64,000 bases of DNA from Lingula anatina (taxonomy: Eukaryota > Animalia > Brachiopoda): positions 18,290,001-18,354,000 of the forward strand of contig CM120641.1 in NCBI GenBank assembly GCA_051362555.1, read 5' to 3'. A program made the translations under genes and the position numbers. Below are positions 26,132 to 38,100 of this stretch, one piece after another. The notes under the pieces were generated by a model. The model was given only the letters and a program-made list of their open reading frames with translations. It had not been told where the DNA came from and did not search any database. Each line of letters begins with the position of its first letter. Position 1 is the first letter of the stretch.

Positions 26132-29059
26132 TTATTTCAGTTGTCCCTCATAGCTGACAATTTCATTGACCAAACGTCCACCTGGGCGGCCTGAGGCTGG
26201 AACCACACTCTGCCAGTATTCTTTATTGTTTCTGGAAGAAGAAGATTTACTCAAGATCATTATGAAATTGTTCCAAAGGTCTGAGGCAATTATTGACATA
26301 ATTTGAAATATAATAAAGAAAAATAAATTTTGAAAGTTTGTTATACATCCCTTTCCAAAAACTACTATTTATATTTTCAGATGGCAAAAATTAGAATAAA
26401 ACACATTTCCAAAATTGACATACAGTTGTATTTTACAAATAGTAAAAACAGTTGACTCTCTTACATAATGTTCAGCTGGGCTTTTATGTTGCCAATGGTT
26501 CAAAGGGTACCTGTTAGCTGTATCATCAAAATACATATTTCTTTGAAACTAGTGTTTTTATCTATTGCTACATGTAGTACAGTTGTGCTTTATTGCAGTA
26601 TGTGAGATTTTAGAACTCTGCGTTCAGAACTAAAAAACTGAAAATCAGAAAAAGTTTTAACTGATGTCATCATGAATTTTATTTACCTTGTGGGGGTGTG
26701 ATTACTTATAGTGGACTCTGCCATGCTATCACCCCAAACTCCATTTTTATCAGCTCCAGGTGGTCGCTTTCCTCCTCTTTCAGGAGCAAGCTGATAAATG
26801 TGAAATAACAATCAAACATGTCTTAATGCATGGTAATTTTTATTCCTGTATGGTAAAAGATATTCAACAAATATGGGGCAAGTAATTTAAGCATCATAGA
26901 TTAAAACACAGAAAAAAGCCAACAATGGATAATATTAAGTACTATTATATTATATTACAACATGCAACAGCACAAGAAAGAATATTCTAAATGAACCACT
27001 ATTATAGGTCGTTATAACTATAGCAATTGATTATATACAGTCATCATGATATGTTTGAAAGCAATCTTAGCGAATATCAGTTTGTGAATTTTTATAGTAA
27101 TTTTAGAGATTACATTACACAAACCTCTTCAGCAAGCTCTCGTATATGGTACGGCTCAAACCCACAGCACCCTCCAATATAGCGAACACCAATTTCATAT
27201 GCTTTACGCGCATAGTCTCGGCAATCCCACCTTGTCATCAAACGAGGTTCCATTGCTTAAATAAAGTTTCCAAATAAATTTGTTCCTCAACAAATACAAA
27301 TACATAAACAAACAGACAAACAAATAAATAAATTGTCTTTTCTGTTAGATTGCTACATACCTGTAAATAAATATAAAAGTGAAAAATTTCGTATCCTTAA
27401 TTACTATATGTTTAAAAAAGCATTTTAATTTTCATTATTTGCATGATTCAATGTGTTTAACTGCACAAGATATCAGCAGTTAAAATGTAATCAGAGGCAT
27501 ATCCTTGTGAAGCTATTGAGAATCACTATAAAGTAATAAATAGATAGATATGAAAAGTAAAATGTGTCACCTACCATATGGATATTCTGGGAGATCATAG
27601 TAGCCAATCACGTTATTGTCCACCTCTGGCACATGATACCCAAGAGGCTGGGTCATAAGATAGGGTGATAAGCCCTCTGCAGCTAAAGCATCCTTCATCA
27701 TCTTGATTGTCTTGAGTTCTGTGTGGTAGTCAAATGAACAGTTGATACCAACTATATCGCAACCTGCATTAAAAAAAGAAAAAAAAACTTAAAGAATCTC
27801 TACCAGTATTTCCTTTAGTCTGCTGTGACTGAGATATGATGTTGTCATAAGCTTTTAGAAACATCTTTTTTCTATCCGTGATCACATAATATTTATTGTG
27901 AGGTTTTTAAAAATAAGCATTTTCGAACATTCACCAGACAAAAACCTTCAGTGTGTAGAACACAGCATGTGATGAAAAGCATGTATAAATATAAATTATA
28001 AAAAATGTTCGGTTAGAAATCAGAGGTCCCAAAATGTATTCATGTAGCATGCAGGCATGACAAACAAATATGAACTTCATTAGATTGGGGGCCCTTTGTA
28101 ATTTGGTTGTATGATCAGATCTGCTACACTATTTCTTAGGGTCCATTCAGAATGAGTAAGGATGCAATAGCTATTGTACATTAACTCTAACGGGAGTCTC
28201 ACTGAATGTATTCAGATTTACAGACACATGCCTCCTCTAGTTTTCAACATACTTGTATAATCACCAGCTGCTCTGCATTCTACTAAACAGGAGGCAACAG
28301 GTTATAACGAAATCCTGTTTTTTCCAGTTTCTTTTTGATTTGCCTTACAGTTGGAATTTTTTAAGTAGTTATAATGAGTGCACAATTTTACCCTTTTTTG
28401 CCATTCTGATGGCACATTCTCCAGGGGGGACTCCCACTAGGTCTCCGCGGGGGCCTATTCTTAGTGTACAAGCAACTGGCATTCCACAAGACTTCATCAC
28501 TTCAATGGCCCACTCTGCCTCCTCAACATGACCAAAAAACTATAAGTGAGAAAATAAATGAATAAATGTTGTTTCAAAAGAAGTTTTATATTAGTACTCT
28601 TTTGCTTTTATCAAAACTTCCTTAAAGGATTTTATTTGTGTGTGTGTGTGTGTGTGTGTGTGTGGGGGGGGGGGGGGGAGAGAAGGGGAGGGGGGAGGAG
28701 GGGTTCATGAATAAAAATGAATAAATATAAAATAATGTAAAATTGTGCAAAATTATTCAAAATTAAAAAAGTTAATACAAACTGGTTTCATTATCTAGCC
28801 TCAAAAGAATGGTAGCTGAACCTAAATCTGTTACCTAAAACGCACCTCTCCCAGTAGAAAATCTACTTTGTTCTTGATAAATATGTCACACTGAGTCTGA
28901 AACTGTTCTTTAACTGCATCCTTGCCTTTTCCCTGTGTGTAGGTTGGGGTAGGAGACACTCCTCCACATACTAGAGTATCTGGGGATGTCCTCGCCACCT
29001 CCCAAACAATATCACATGCAGACTGGTTAAGATCCACAGCCTGAATGGATGATAAATAC

Positions 29060-29141
<82 letters not shown>

Positions 29142-31506
29142 GAAACACAACTTCATCTTGTGAAGAAAACCTATATCTTCAATTTGCTTTTAATTTTTAT
29201 GATTATTTGTATGTATCAAACCTTTTATATAGAGCTAGACATGCATCCACATTGCTAAACAAACAAACAAACAAACAAGGGAAAGATAAATAAAAGGACA
29301 GAAGAATAATTAATTAAAAAAATGGAAAAGGAAAAAGAAAGAAAAAGAAAGAATAGAATAGTAAATAGATGATGAGATACAGTGAATGTACAGCGCAGCA
29401 GGGTACTCATCATCTGGACTGCAGAGTGCTCAAAATCCATAGATCTGTTGTTTGTCTAATGTCTTATTAACATAAGAACAGCACAGATGAACAATTAGAA
29501 TCCATCCTAAATAATAAGTAAAACACAAAATAAAGCCTAGAGTCAGCAACTTTGAGACTTATGTATACTTACTGCATAATCCTTTTTTCCTTCCACTATA
29601 TTGAGTTTTCCATCAGTTGAGTAGAATGTGAAGGCTTGAAGGACATCTGCTCCTGCTCTTTGAAATTCTCTGTGCAACTGGCGAACTTATTGGATTTAGA
29701 AAAAATGTGACAGATAATTGTGTAGTTCGGTAAATATCAATTTTCTTTTTCTTATTATATTTCTAAGGAACTATTTTTGTCAAAACAGGTAAATTAAGCC
29801 ATGTTATATCTGGCTTGTGAGAGCAACTAAACAAAAATCTGAAAAATATGGGTGTAACACCTAAAGATAAACCAAGCCAATTAAATTGGGCAATGAAAGC
29901 TACACCCTCCCTTCCATCCCCCAGACCATCACTTAAGGGCGCATTCCCATAGATTTTAGATCGATCTATCCCGTGGGGAGTCTCACTAGATTACTGTCTG
30001 ATAATCCGGCTTAAATGTCCATCCCGCCTACTACAAGCTGTAAGGGGGTAATTAACTTTCGTGCCAGCTCGGCTGACAGCTATTTAGCGTGAACCCCCAG
30101 GGAGTTAGGTCGATCTAGTTGGATCGATCTAATCTCTGGGAATGGGGTCTAAGGCTCCATTCACATGGAAAATCTATTTTCTAAAAATCTATTTTCGGTA
30201 TCTTGTGATCACGGTCCGTGCCCTGGATACCCCATGGCGTAATTACTGGGAGCGCAAGCGAGTTACTTCCAAAGCTGTTATTAATTCTCGGCTGCGCTCG
30301 GAGGAGATTCTGATACCTTGATGCATGCGCAGTAGGAAGTTAGAAAGTAAATGGCAGTTGCTTTGAAAAAAGTGTTTGTGGATTTTGTGCAACAACAAGA
30401 CGAAGAAGATGAAGAAGCTATACACACGACAGACATGAGTGCAACCGTCATGATCTGATGGCAAGGGATGCGGCAACGGAGGATGAGATTTTATAGAATG
30501 CGAGCTAGGAGGCAAAAACAGTTGATGCTGCTTTTGTTGTCTTTGCTGATCGTTTCACCTGAGAGGACTATCTGGTCTCGGGAAAGGTAATGTTTGCTAT
30601 TTTTATCAACAAGAAATGTTTCAACAATGTGAGAGATACTACTGCGCATGTGTCAAGGTATCAGAATCTCTTCCGAGCACAGCCGAGAATTAATTACAGC
30701 TTTGGAAGTAACTCGCTTGCGCTGCCAGTGATTACGCTGCAGGGTATCCGGGGCACAGACCGTGATAACAAGATACCGAAAAATAGATTTTTAGATTTTT
30801 AGAAAATAGATTTTCCATGTGAACGGAACCTAAAACACCACCCAGCACAGCATGCTTGTTCTCCGTAGTATTAGAGATTACTACATGTACTATTAAGTTA
30901 TAATTACCAGCATCGGGGTGTTCAATGGCTGCCTCTGGTGTGAAAGGTCCCATTTTCAAGTAGCCTCTTTTTTCTAATGTTATAACATAGCTGCCATCTC
31001 CTATGACAGGACCTTCAGCAAGCCTCTCTAAAATGCCTTTCCTTTTGGGGACAGTGCAGAAGCCAAACTGAAACAGACAAAAAAAAAAATTAAATGACAT
31101 CCAGAACAAACAATTCTATTCAACAACTTTACTTTATGAAAATGACAAATTCAACAAATAAATGTCCTCGCATAGCACAAGTTACTGATTTTTCACACAG
31201 CATGTTATCCAATGAACCCATAACATCGACTTGTGACATACTGTACATGTACAACATAGACTTTGGAGAGGGTGGCTTTTAGACTTGCCCATCCAGGAGT
31301 CAAGTATTGAAACTACCAAGAATCAGCACAATGCACCATTGAAAGCTTACAGTAATGGCTGGTATTTGGCTGTCATAAAAAGTGTCTCTCTGCACATAAA
31401 AATAATGCGTAACATTTAAACTTACCTTTGAAATTCTGCAAATTCTGCCATAGTTTCCTCTCTGAACATATGTAGACAAAGACCTAGAAACTGTAGCTAT
31501 AGGCAT
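26132..31506 (-). CDS. BHMT: Betaine-homocysteine S-methyltransferase-like protein, paralog a (406 aa), with N-terminal extension resembling a mitochondrial transit peptide
   Basis: Exons (minus): 31506-31426, 31067-30908, 29685-29573, 29040-28846, 28539-28392, 27763-27575, 27255-27125, 26790-26687, 26231-26132 (TAA); 1221 nt, open. BHMT motifs [45 protein letters not shown] and [12 protein letters not shown] (three Zn-binding Cys), LAPERG, EYW..ASGRP. Confidence 0.95.
28637..28702. repeat. (TG)n followed by a G-rich run
   Basis: Direct inspection. Confidence 0.85.
29062..29137. repeat. (TA)n microsatellite
   Basis: Perfect TA run about 20 nt from a BHMT-a acceptor. Confidence 0.95.
29937..30149. 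mobile_element. PIF/Harbinger (Tourist)-like MITE family A, copy 1
   Basis: Imperfect TIRs (CATTCCCA.AGATT..AGATCGATC), flanked by TAA/TAA; further copies in the window. Confidence 0.75.
30153..30830. mobile_element. PIF/Harbinger-like non-autonomous element with ~180-bp inverted arms
   Basis: Left arm 30153-30335 is the reverse complement of right arm 30639-30830 (GGCTCCATTCACATGGAAAATCTA / TAGATTTTCCATGTGAACGGAACC); TAA on both sides. Confidence 0.85.
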
Positions 31507-31829
31507 CGCTAGAGTTGGAGATTGTTGAGCCTCTGCAGTAAGACCTAGTGATGACCTATATACGAATTAAGTACCTGTAGATAAGTCTTTGTACCTTAGT
31601 CCTACACTTTAGCTAGACATGTAGCTCGGCTATTACATAATGCTATCCATACTTAAGTGAACAGCTAGTTTTGTGAACTTGTTGCAAAGCGAAGGTGTTT
31701 TATTTACAGAATGATAAAGAAATGTCCTTGATCTTTATTCATTTAAACTTCTTTCTTCCTCATCTTTTTAGTTTCAACTCTCTTCCATTTAATCCTTTGT
31801 TGCCCAACCCACACTTACATGTAAAATGC

Positions 31830-31995
31830 CAGGGGCGTAACCAGGCATACGCACGGATGCACTGTGCGTACAATTTTTTGAGCCAACCATGATATTATTC
31901 TCCATAAATTCAGTGTATTTTTCACGGAATATAATCGTACCTGGGAATTTTCAAAATCTGTGCGTACAATTTTAAAAGGTCTGGTTACGCCCCTG
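31830..31995. mobile_element. Short MITE with 15-bp perfect TIRs (hAT-like CAGGGG ends) upstream of BHMT-a
   Basis: CAGGGGCGTAACCAG ... CTGGTTACGCCCCTG; internal duplicated CTGTGCGTACAATTTT; no clean 8-bp TSD visible. Confidence 0.65.
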
Positions 31996-32499
31996 CATGC
32001 TGACCACTCCAGTCAGATATTATAAAAAGTAAACATATGGAGGGATATACTCTAGACATGAGTTTGCATAAAGATGATAATAGCACTTTTTTGTAATTGT
32101 AATAGCACTTTTTTGTGAATGTTTAATACTTGTGTTATAATTTAGAATAAAGCCAATTCATCACTGGACAACGCCATTGCAAAAAGCAAATTTAATTGGT
32201 CTATTAAAACAGGCTGATATTGCTATGCAAAGTGACAATCATTATATTCTTTTTTAACTTGCTTTCTTCAGAAGAAGGCAGACTATTATTTGTCCCATGA
32301 ATCTTAAGTGATATCCTGTGGTCCACTGACCTTCACATCTTATATTATTCATCAGCAGAATGTCCAGATAAGGTTATCACTGTAAATAATAAAACACACG
32401 AACAAGAAATATATCCTGAGTATTTTGAAAATTTAACCATTTATTTCAACTAGGTGGATATTAGTACATGTATTTCATGGAAAAGGTAAATATAGCATT

Positions 32500-33207
32500 T
32501 ATGGTGGCAGTGCATGAAGTAGGTTTTTTTGTCAATTTTGATGCAATATTACATATGATTAACTGTATAATTACCATGAATGTTTAATTACTATTAATGA
32601 CATGGACACTTACAAAATTTGGTTACCATTAGGCTTCATGCCTGTGGGAGTTCCAAGTCCCACACTGAAAATACCAATATGTGAAAGATAAAAAATTGAC
32701 AAAAATGGATAAAAAAAAGGGGGGGGGGGGACAATTAGACTGCTTTTCTAACTCAGGCTGCATTTTAGTCCTATGTTTCTTTCCTGTAAGTTTAAGAAGA
32801 GTAAGTGACATGTTTTTTCTTTCATGGTTACTATGGAGGCAGTGCCCAAAATAGAGTTTTGCTTCAGTTTTGAAACAATATTACAAAATGCTTAACAGCA
32901 TAATGGCCATCAATTTTTTTATTATAAAATAAAAGTAGCATGGATATTCAGAAAATGTGACTAGCAAAGGTCTTCAATCCCATGGAAGTTCCAAGTCATA
33001 TATGCTAAAAAATGTATAAAGAGCATACAAAACAGCATAATTTTGAAAAATGGCCCGATCATGCTGATTTTCGAACTCGACCTGTATTTTATGAATAGTC
33101 ATCAGTTCCATTAATTTGAAAACATTTTTCCACTTATCGTAACAGTGAAAGTGCAGGGCAAAAGATGCAGGTAACAGATATATTTACAGACATATCTGTA
33201 CATAAAA
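32500..33207 (-). mobile_element. Degenerate, shortened third copy of the HINE-like element
   Basis: Head TTTATGTACAGATATGTCTGTA at 33207, one decayed monomer (GGTCGAGTTCGAAAATCAGCATGATCGGGCC) and tail blocks shared with 38800-39500. Confidence 0.7.
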
Positions 33208-35146
33208 GGTAAATGGTGTCAGGCAATTATGTGTACTGTATTCAGTAAGTCAACGATCATTAGTTAATATTTGTTAAATTAAGTGTGTCCTAGTTTGCAA
33301 GTACTTGCTAACTCATGACTTGTCTATCTAGTTTTACTGGTATAGAGAAATTTGATAGCAGCACAGGCAAACGTTCTATCTAACACCTATTCAAAGACAA
33401 ACTCTGATGTTGTTTTTGAAATTTGTTACTTGACATTCAACTCCATTGAAAATAAGGTTAATGTTTAGAATAGTACCAGTATGCTGTCCTGCTACCTTAT
33501 TGCGCTTATCAGTGGCAATCCTTGTTCAATTTGCTGAGGGAGCTAGATCTTAAGGCCCTTACTTTTGGAGATAACTTACAAATACTAATTGTATATTTGT
33601 TGACACACACTGAGGTAGATAGTGAGAGTAAAAGGTAAGATTTTATTACCAATTTCAAGAATCGGCTGGTGTAAATGCTGAAAATGTACGTCAATCTGAA
33701 ACACCAACAGTACAAAAATTACAGGTTTTATGAACTGTGCCACTTGACATCTTTTGCTTGACACAACTGACTGCATTTCCCAATGATGTGAATGTTATTC
33801 AATAGAGGGAAAAGATGCACCTTTTCATCTGACTCAGTAGGTAATATTTGCTCAACTTGAGACTTGTCGCAGAAATGATTTTCCAATAAAAAGGTGATGA
33901 ATTTGGCAAAATAAAAGATCTACATAAGATCATGCCATCTCATTTGTATGACTTAAACTGAACAAACAAAAATACCTTATTTCCATTACAGTTAAATGTC
34001 TAGTCAAAGTTTGGAACATTTCTTTTTGATGGAAGTAAAAGACACGGGCAGAAGTAATTTTAAATTCAATTTTATAATAAAAAGAATAAAATAATAAAAA
34101 CTGAACACTTCCAAAATATTTATTATTGATTGTACAATTTGAATACATTGGAGGTACATATGTAAGTTAAAAGCCTCACCAGAAGGTGGCCTATTAGAGG
34201 AACACAGCCCAAAATTGAGACACCAGAGCATGCTCAGCTGGCTGCACAACCCAACCAAACCCAACTCTCTTTTTCAGGGTAGTTACATGTATGAACTACC
34301 CATCATTAACTGTTGGCCAGCACCTTAAGAAACTGCTGGTGCAATCACCTGATAATATAAAGTGATTACTGGAGTCAAATGATCACGACAGTGTATTATA
34401 AGCTTTAGATATTATGCACCCACCAAACGTAGTAAACTTAGCATTACATGGTGTAATTATATAACAACTACCATTCATCTAACCTAGTGTGCTGAAAAAT
34501 GAATTGCTTTTAGTTTCTAAAAACTTTATCATATGTAGTTATGTGTATAACTGTAAAAAGAAATGTAAAGAAATGAGCAGATATTGGTAATGAACACAGT
34601 ATACAGTGCATCTGTTCTTGAATGTATCTGCTTATACTGTGTACATTTTTATGTAAATGTGCTTTCCATAACCAGCGACATATTGTCATGCTTCATGAAT
34701 AAAAACTTCTGTCATGATTGTTAGAAGCATTCAGAGCCATTGCAGCACTTTTAAACTTACTCTAGCTCTATTTCTTATGAACTGCACTTCTCTCCTGCCT
34801 TTAAAAATTATTTGGACACAATGAAATCTTCAATTTTTTTTTCAGTTACGCCATTGATTTATATTTTCCTAATTAAAAAAAATGCACATTTACTAAAGTT
34901 ATTAAAAAAATCAAACAGTGGTTAATACTGGTAGTATTAAATTTTAAGAATGATCCATGTAACAATTTGACTGCATCCAATTTTTCTATCATCAATATTT
35001 TTCTACAGGGATTAATCTTGTGTAACAGTTACATTTTGCAATACATTTAAAACATCAACAGTTTTATCTTTATTGATTGAACATGAATAGATTGCAATGT
35101 TAGTTGTCAAATGACACTGGAAGCTCTTCTGTTAAAGTTTTCTCTC

Positions 35147-38100
35147 TTATTTCAGTTGACCTTCGTAGGCAACAAGTTCATTGGTCAGACGCCCACCTGG
35201 TCTTCCTGAAGCTGGGATCACCTTCTCCCAGTATTCTTTAGTGTGCCTGATTGTAGAATGTCATATCAATCAATAAAATAATAATGATGATTATAAAATA
35301 CATAAAAAGAAATTTCACTGAAATCCCAAGCAAGATGTTTGGTGAATTTATATGATAATATAATGAGATGTTTGTTATCTACCTGATATTTGTACATAGA
35401 TACAAACATATATGTATAATTCATCACTACTTTAACAGCCATGGTAATATATGGGTTAAAATAATTGGAAGTATCAGAAAGTTGCCAATATTGAGGGTCT
35501 GTCTCGGGGGCAAAGATATATACAGATAAACATTTAAGTAGAAAAGTACAGAAATAATATGTTGCTTTACCTTATCGCTACATGAGGTGTTATAGTGGAC
35601 TCTGCCAAGGCATCTCCCCAGTTAGAATTTTTGTCAGCTCCTGGTGGTCTGATTCCACCCCTTTCTGGAGCCAGCTTTGTAAAAAAAAAAAAAAAAAAAA
35701 TAATAATAAAATAAATGTTTCTATATTATTCTATATCACAGTTATTCCTTTCTGTGTCACCATATGTAAAATGAGATTGTGATGAAGATATGCATTAAAC
35801 ATACTCCGTGCAGTCTTAAAGGACTTTTATGCACAGACATGCATTTGAATAGGCAGAAATATGCATACGCAAACAGATTCGCATAAAAGTCATTGCAAGA
35901 CAAAAACCTTATAATTTCCAGAGTAAAATAAAAATATTTTATTCTAAAAATTGGATAGAAAATAAACTTAAACATACTTCTTCTGCAACCTCCCTCATAT
36001 GGTAGGGCTCAAATCCACAGCAACCTCCTATGTAACGTACGCCAAGTTCATAGGCTTTGCGAGCATACTCACGACAGTCAAAACGCACCAGCAAACGAGG
36101 TTCCAGGGCTGTAACATTGAGCATTGTGTATTAGGTAAATGGTGTTGGAATGTAAATGCTTTCTCATCACGGTTTTAAATTAAATTAACATAAACAAAAC
36201 TTGAGTGTTACTTGATGGGATTTAACATCCCCTGTCTGAAATAGACAAAACTGGTGGAATGAAAATGAACAACTGATTTGATAACGTTTATTAGACAACA
36301 ATTTAATGGACAAACCAAAATCTATACTTCACAGCGATCTAGTAAATGAAATTATACTGGCCCAATCTTTTTGAATTTAAAGAAACTTTCTTAAAAGATC
36401 TCTTTGACTGTGTTCCAATAAACTCATCATACTAGTAGGAATGATCTCACTCTGCAGGACTTCTGGCTTACTGTAATCAGCTAAATTGTCTGGCACGTCC
36501 CCTTGAGTAACTATGGGGTAAATGACTATCGTTAATTACCCCCTAGCAGTTTGAGAAGGTGTGCCAGACATTTAGCTGCTTACAATGAATACAATTTAGC
36601 GAGAATCCCCGCAGAGTTAGATCGATCCAGCTAATACGATGGGTTTGTGGAAACGCAGCCTTTGACATTTTGTGTAGTTTTTTTGATAGACTGATTACTA
36701 TGTGAATGAATTTGATTTTCCATAATTTAAAATAAACATATGCTTTAGGATTATCAAATTTGTCAGTAAAACCTACTTGTAGGAAGCATGGAAAATTTTC
36801 TGATTTTTGATACCAAGCACCATTTATTCAAAAATTCCCTGTATCATAACTATAATATTATAAATATATCTGAGGTAAGACCAACAAGGTATGAAATACA
36901 TAAACATATTAATAAATTAGTATTGTTTAAGTTTTGTTAAAGAAACATAATTGAAATCCTTTGCCTTTCAATATCTTACCTAGAGGGTACTCCGGGAGAT
37001 CATAGTAACCCACAATGCTATTCTCCACCTCGGGAAGGTGATATCCAACAGGCTGGGTCATAAGATATGGTGTCAAGCCCTCGGCAGCCAAAGCATCCTT
37101 CATGATCTTGATTGTTTTAAGTTCTGTGTGGAAGTCAAAGGAGCAGTTGAGGCCCACTATGTCACACCCTGAATAAAGAAATTTTCTTAACTTTCACTAA
37201 AATCAAACTATTTTATACATTAATTTTACACGTATAAAGAGGAGTTTGAAAAAAAAGATATATATAGATATCTTCTTATGCATCTATACAAATATTATAT
37301 ATCTATTTCTTACTTTTACATCGTAGTTATAAGTCATGTATCAAAGCTGTAACATCTTCCTTATAATATACATACAGCACACTGGAAATAAAAAATTACA
37401 CATAGGTGCCAGTCTCACAAATGATGCTACAAATGTTTTAATGTACAACTTAGAAATAACTTTGTGAAAAAATAATACATTTTTTAATTTTTCTTACCTG
37501 CTCCTTTAAATATATTACTGTATATCACATACCAGTATGTATGCACTAAGATGAGTAAATAGCAATAATGCTGGGAGTCTATTTGCATAGAGTACTACAC
37601 TTTGATTGGTAAATACATACAGTTGACCTAGTGCTATTGGTCTAAAAGGGTTTTATGTACAACTGGTTCATAATAAATATAGTTGACATAAATTTAAGGT
37701 ATATGTAAATACCCTACTGATATAAATTGTTCTACAGTTTTACTAAAAGATGAACTGAATGCCCTTAAAATTTTTGGTAACACTCAGTTTAGTTAGCTGA
37801 AATTCTGTTGTTAAAACCAGTTTTTGACAGTTTGTGAAGTGGCTGCATGCCCATCCAGGGGCACTATTACATTATAGGTACTTAACCAAGCAACAGTACT
37901 CTGAAGTTGAACACACCTAGATTTAAATATACAATTCAGTATAACTAAAAAATCAACTTTTTCTGAAAATTTCAAAAACTTTAATTACCAAGTTGCAATA
38001 CATTCAAATTGCTGAGAAATTTTTTATCCATGCCTCTAGAAAATAAAAATATACACGTAGAATTAAATTAATTAGCCAAATCTTATAGATCATAATCTTT

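Noticed and set aside
28831-29258. ORFs with long (YI)n tracts, also 56464-56728 and the (FIYL)n ORFs
   Set aside because: Microsatellite read-through; only 29040-28846 is a real BHMT exon
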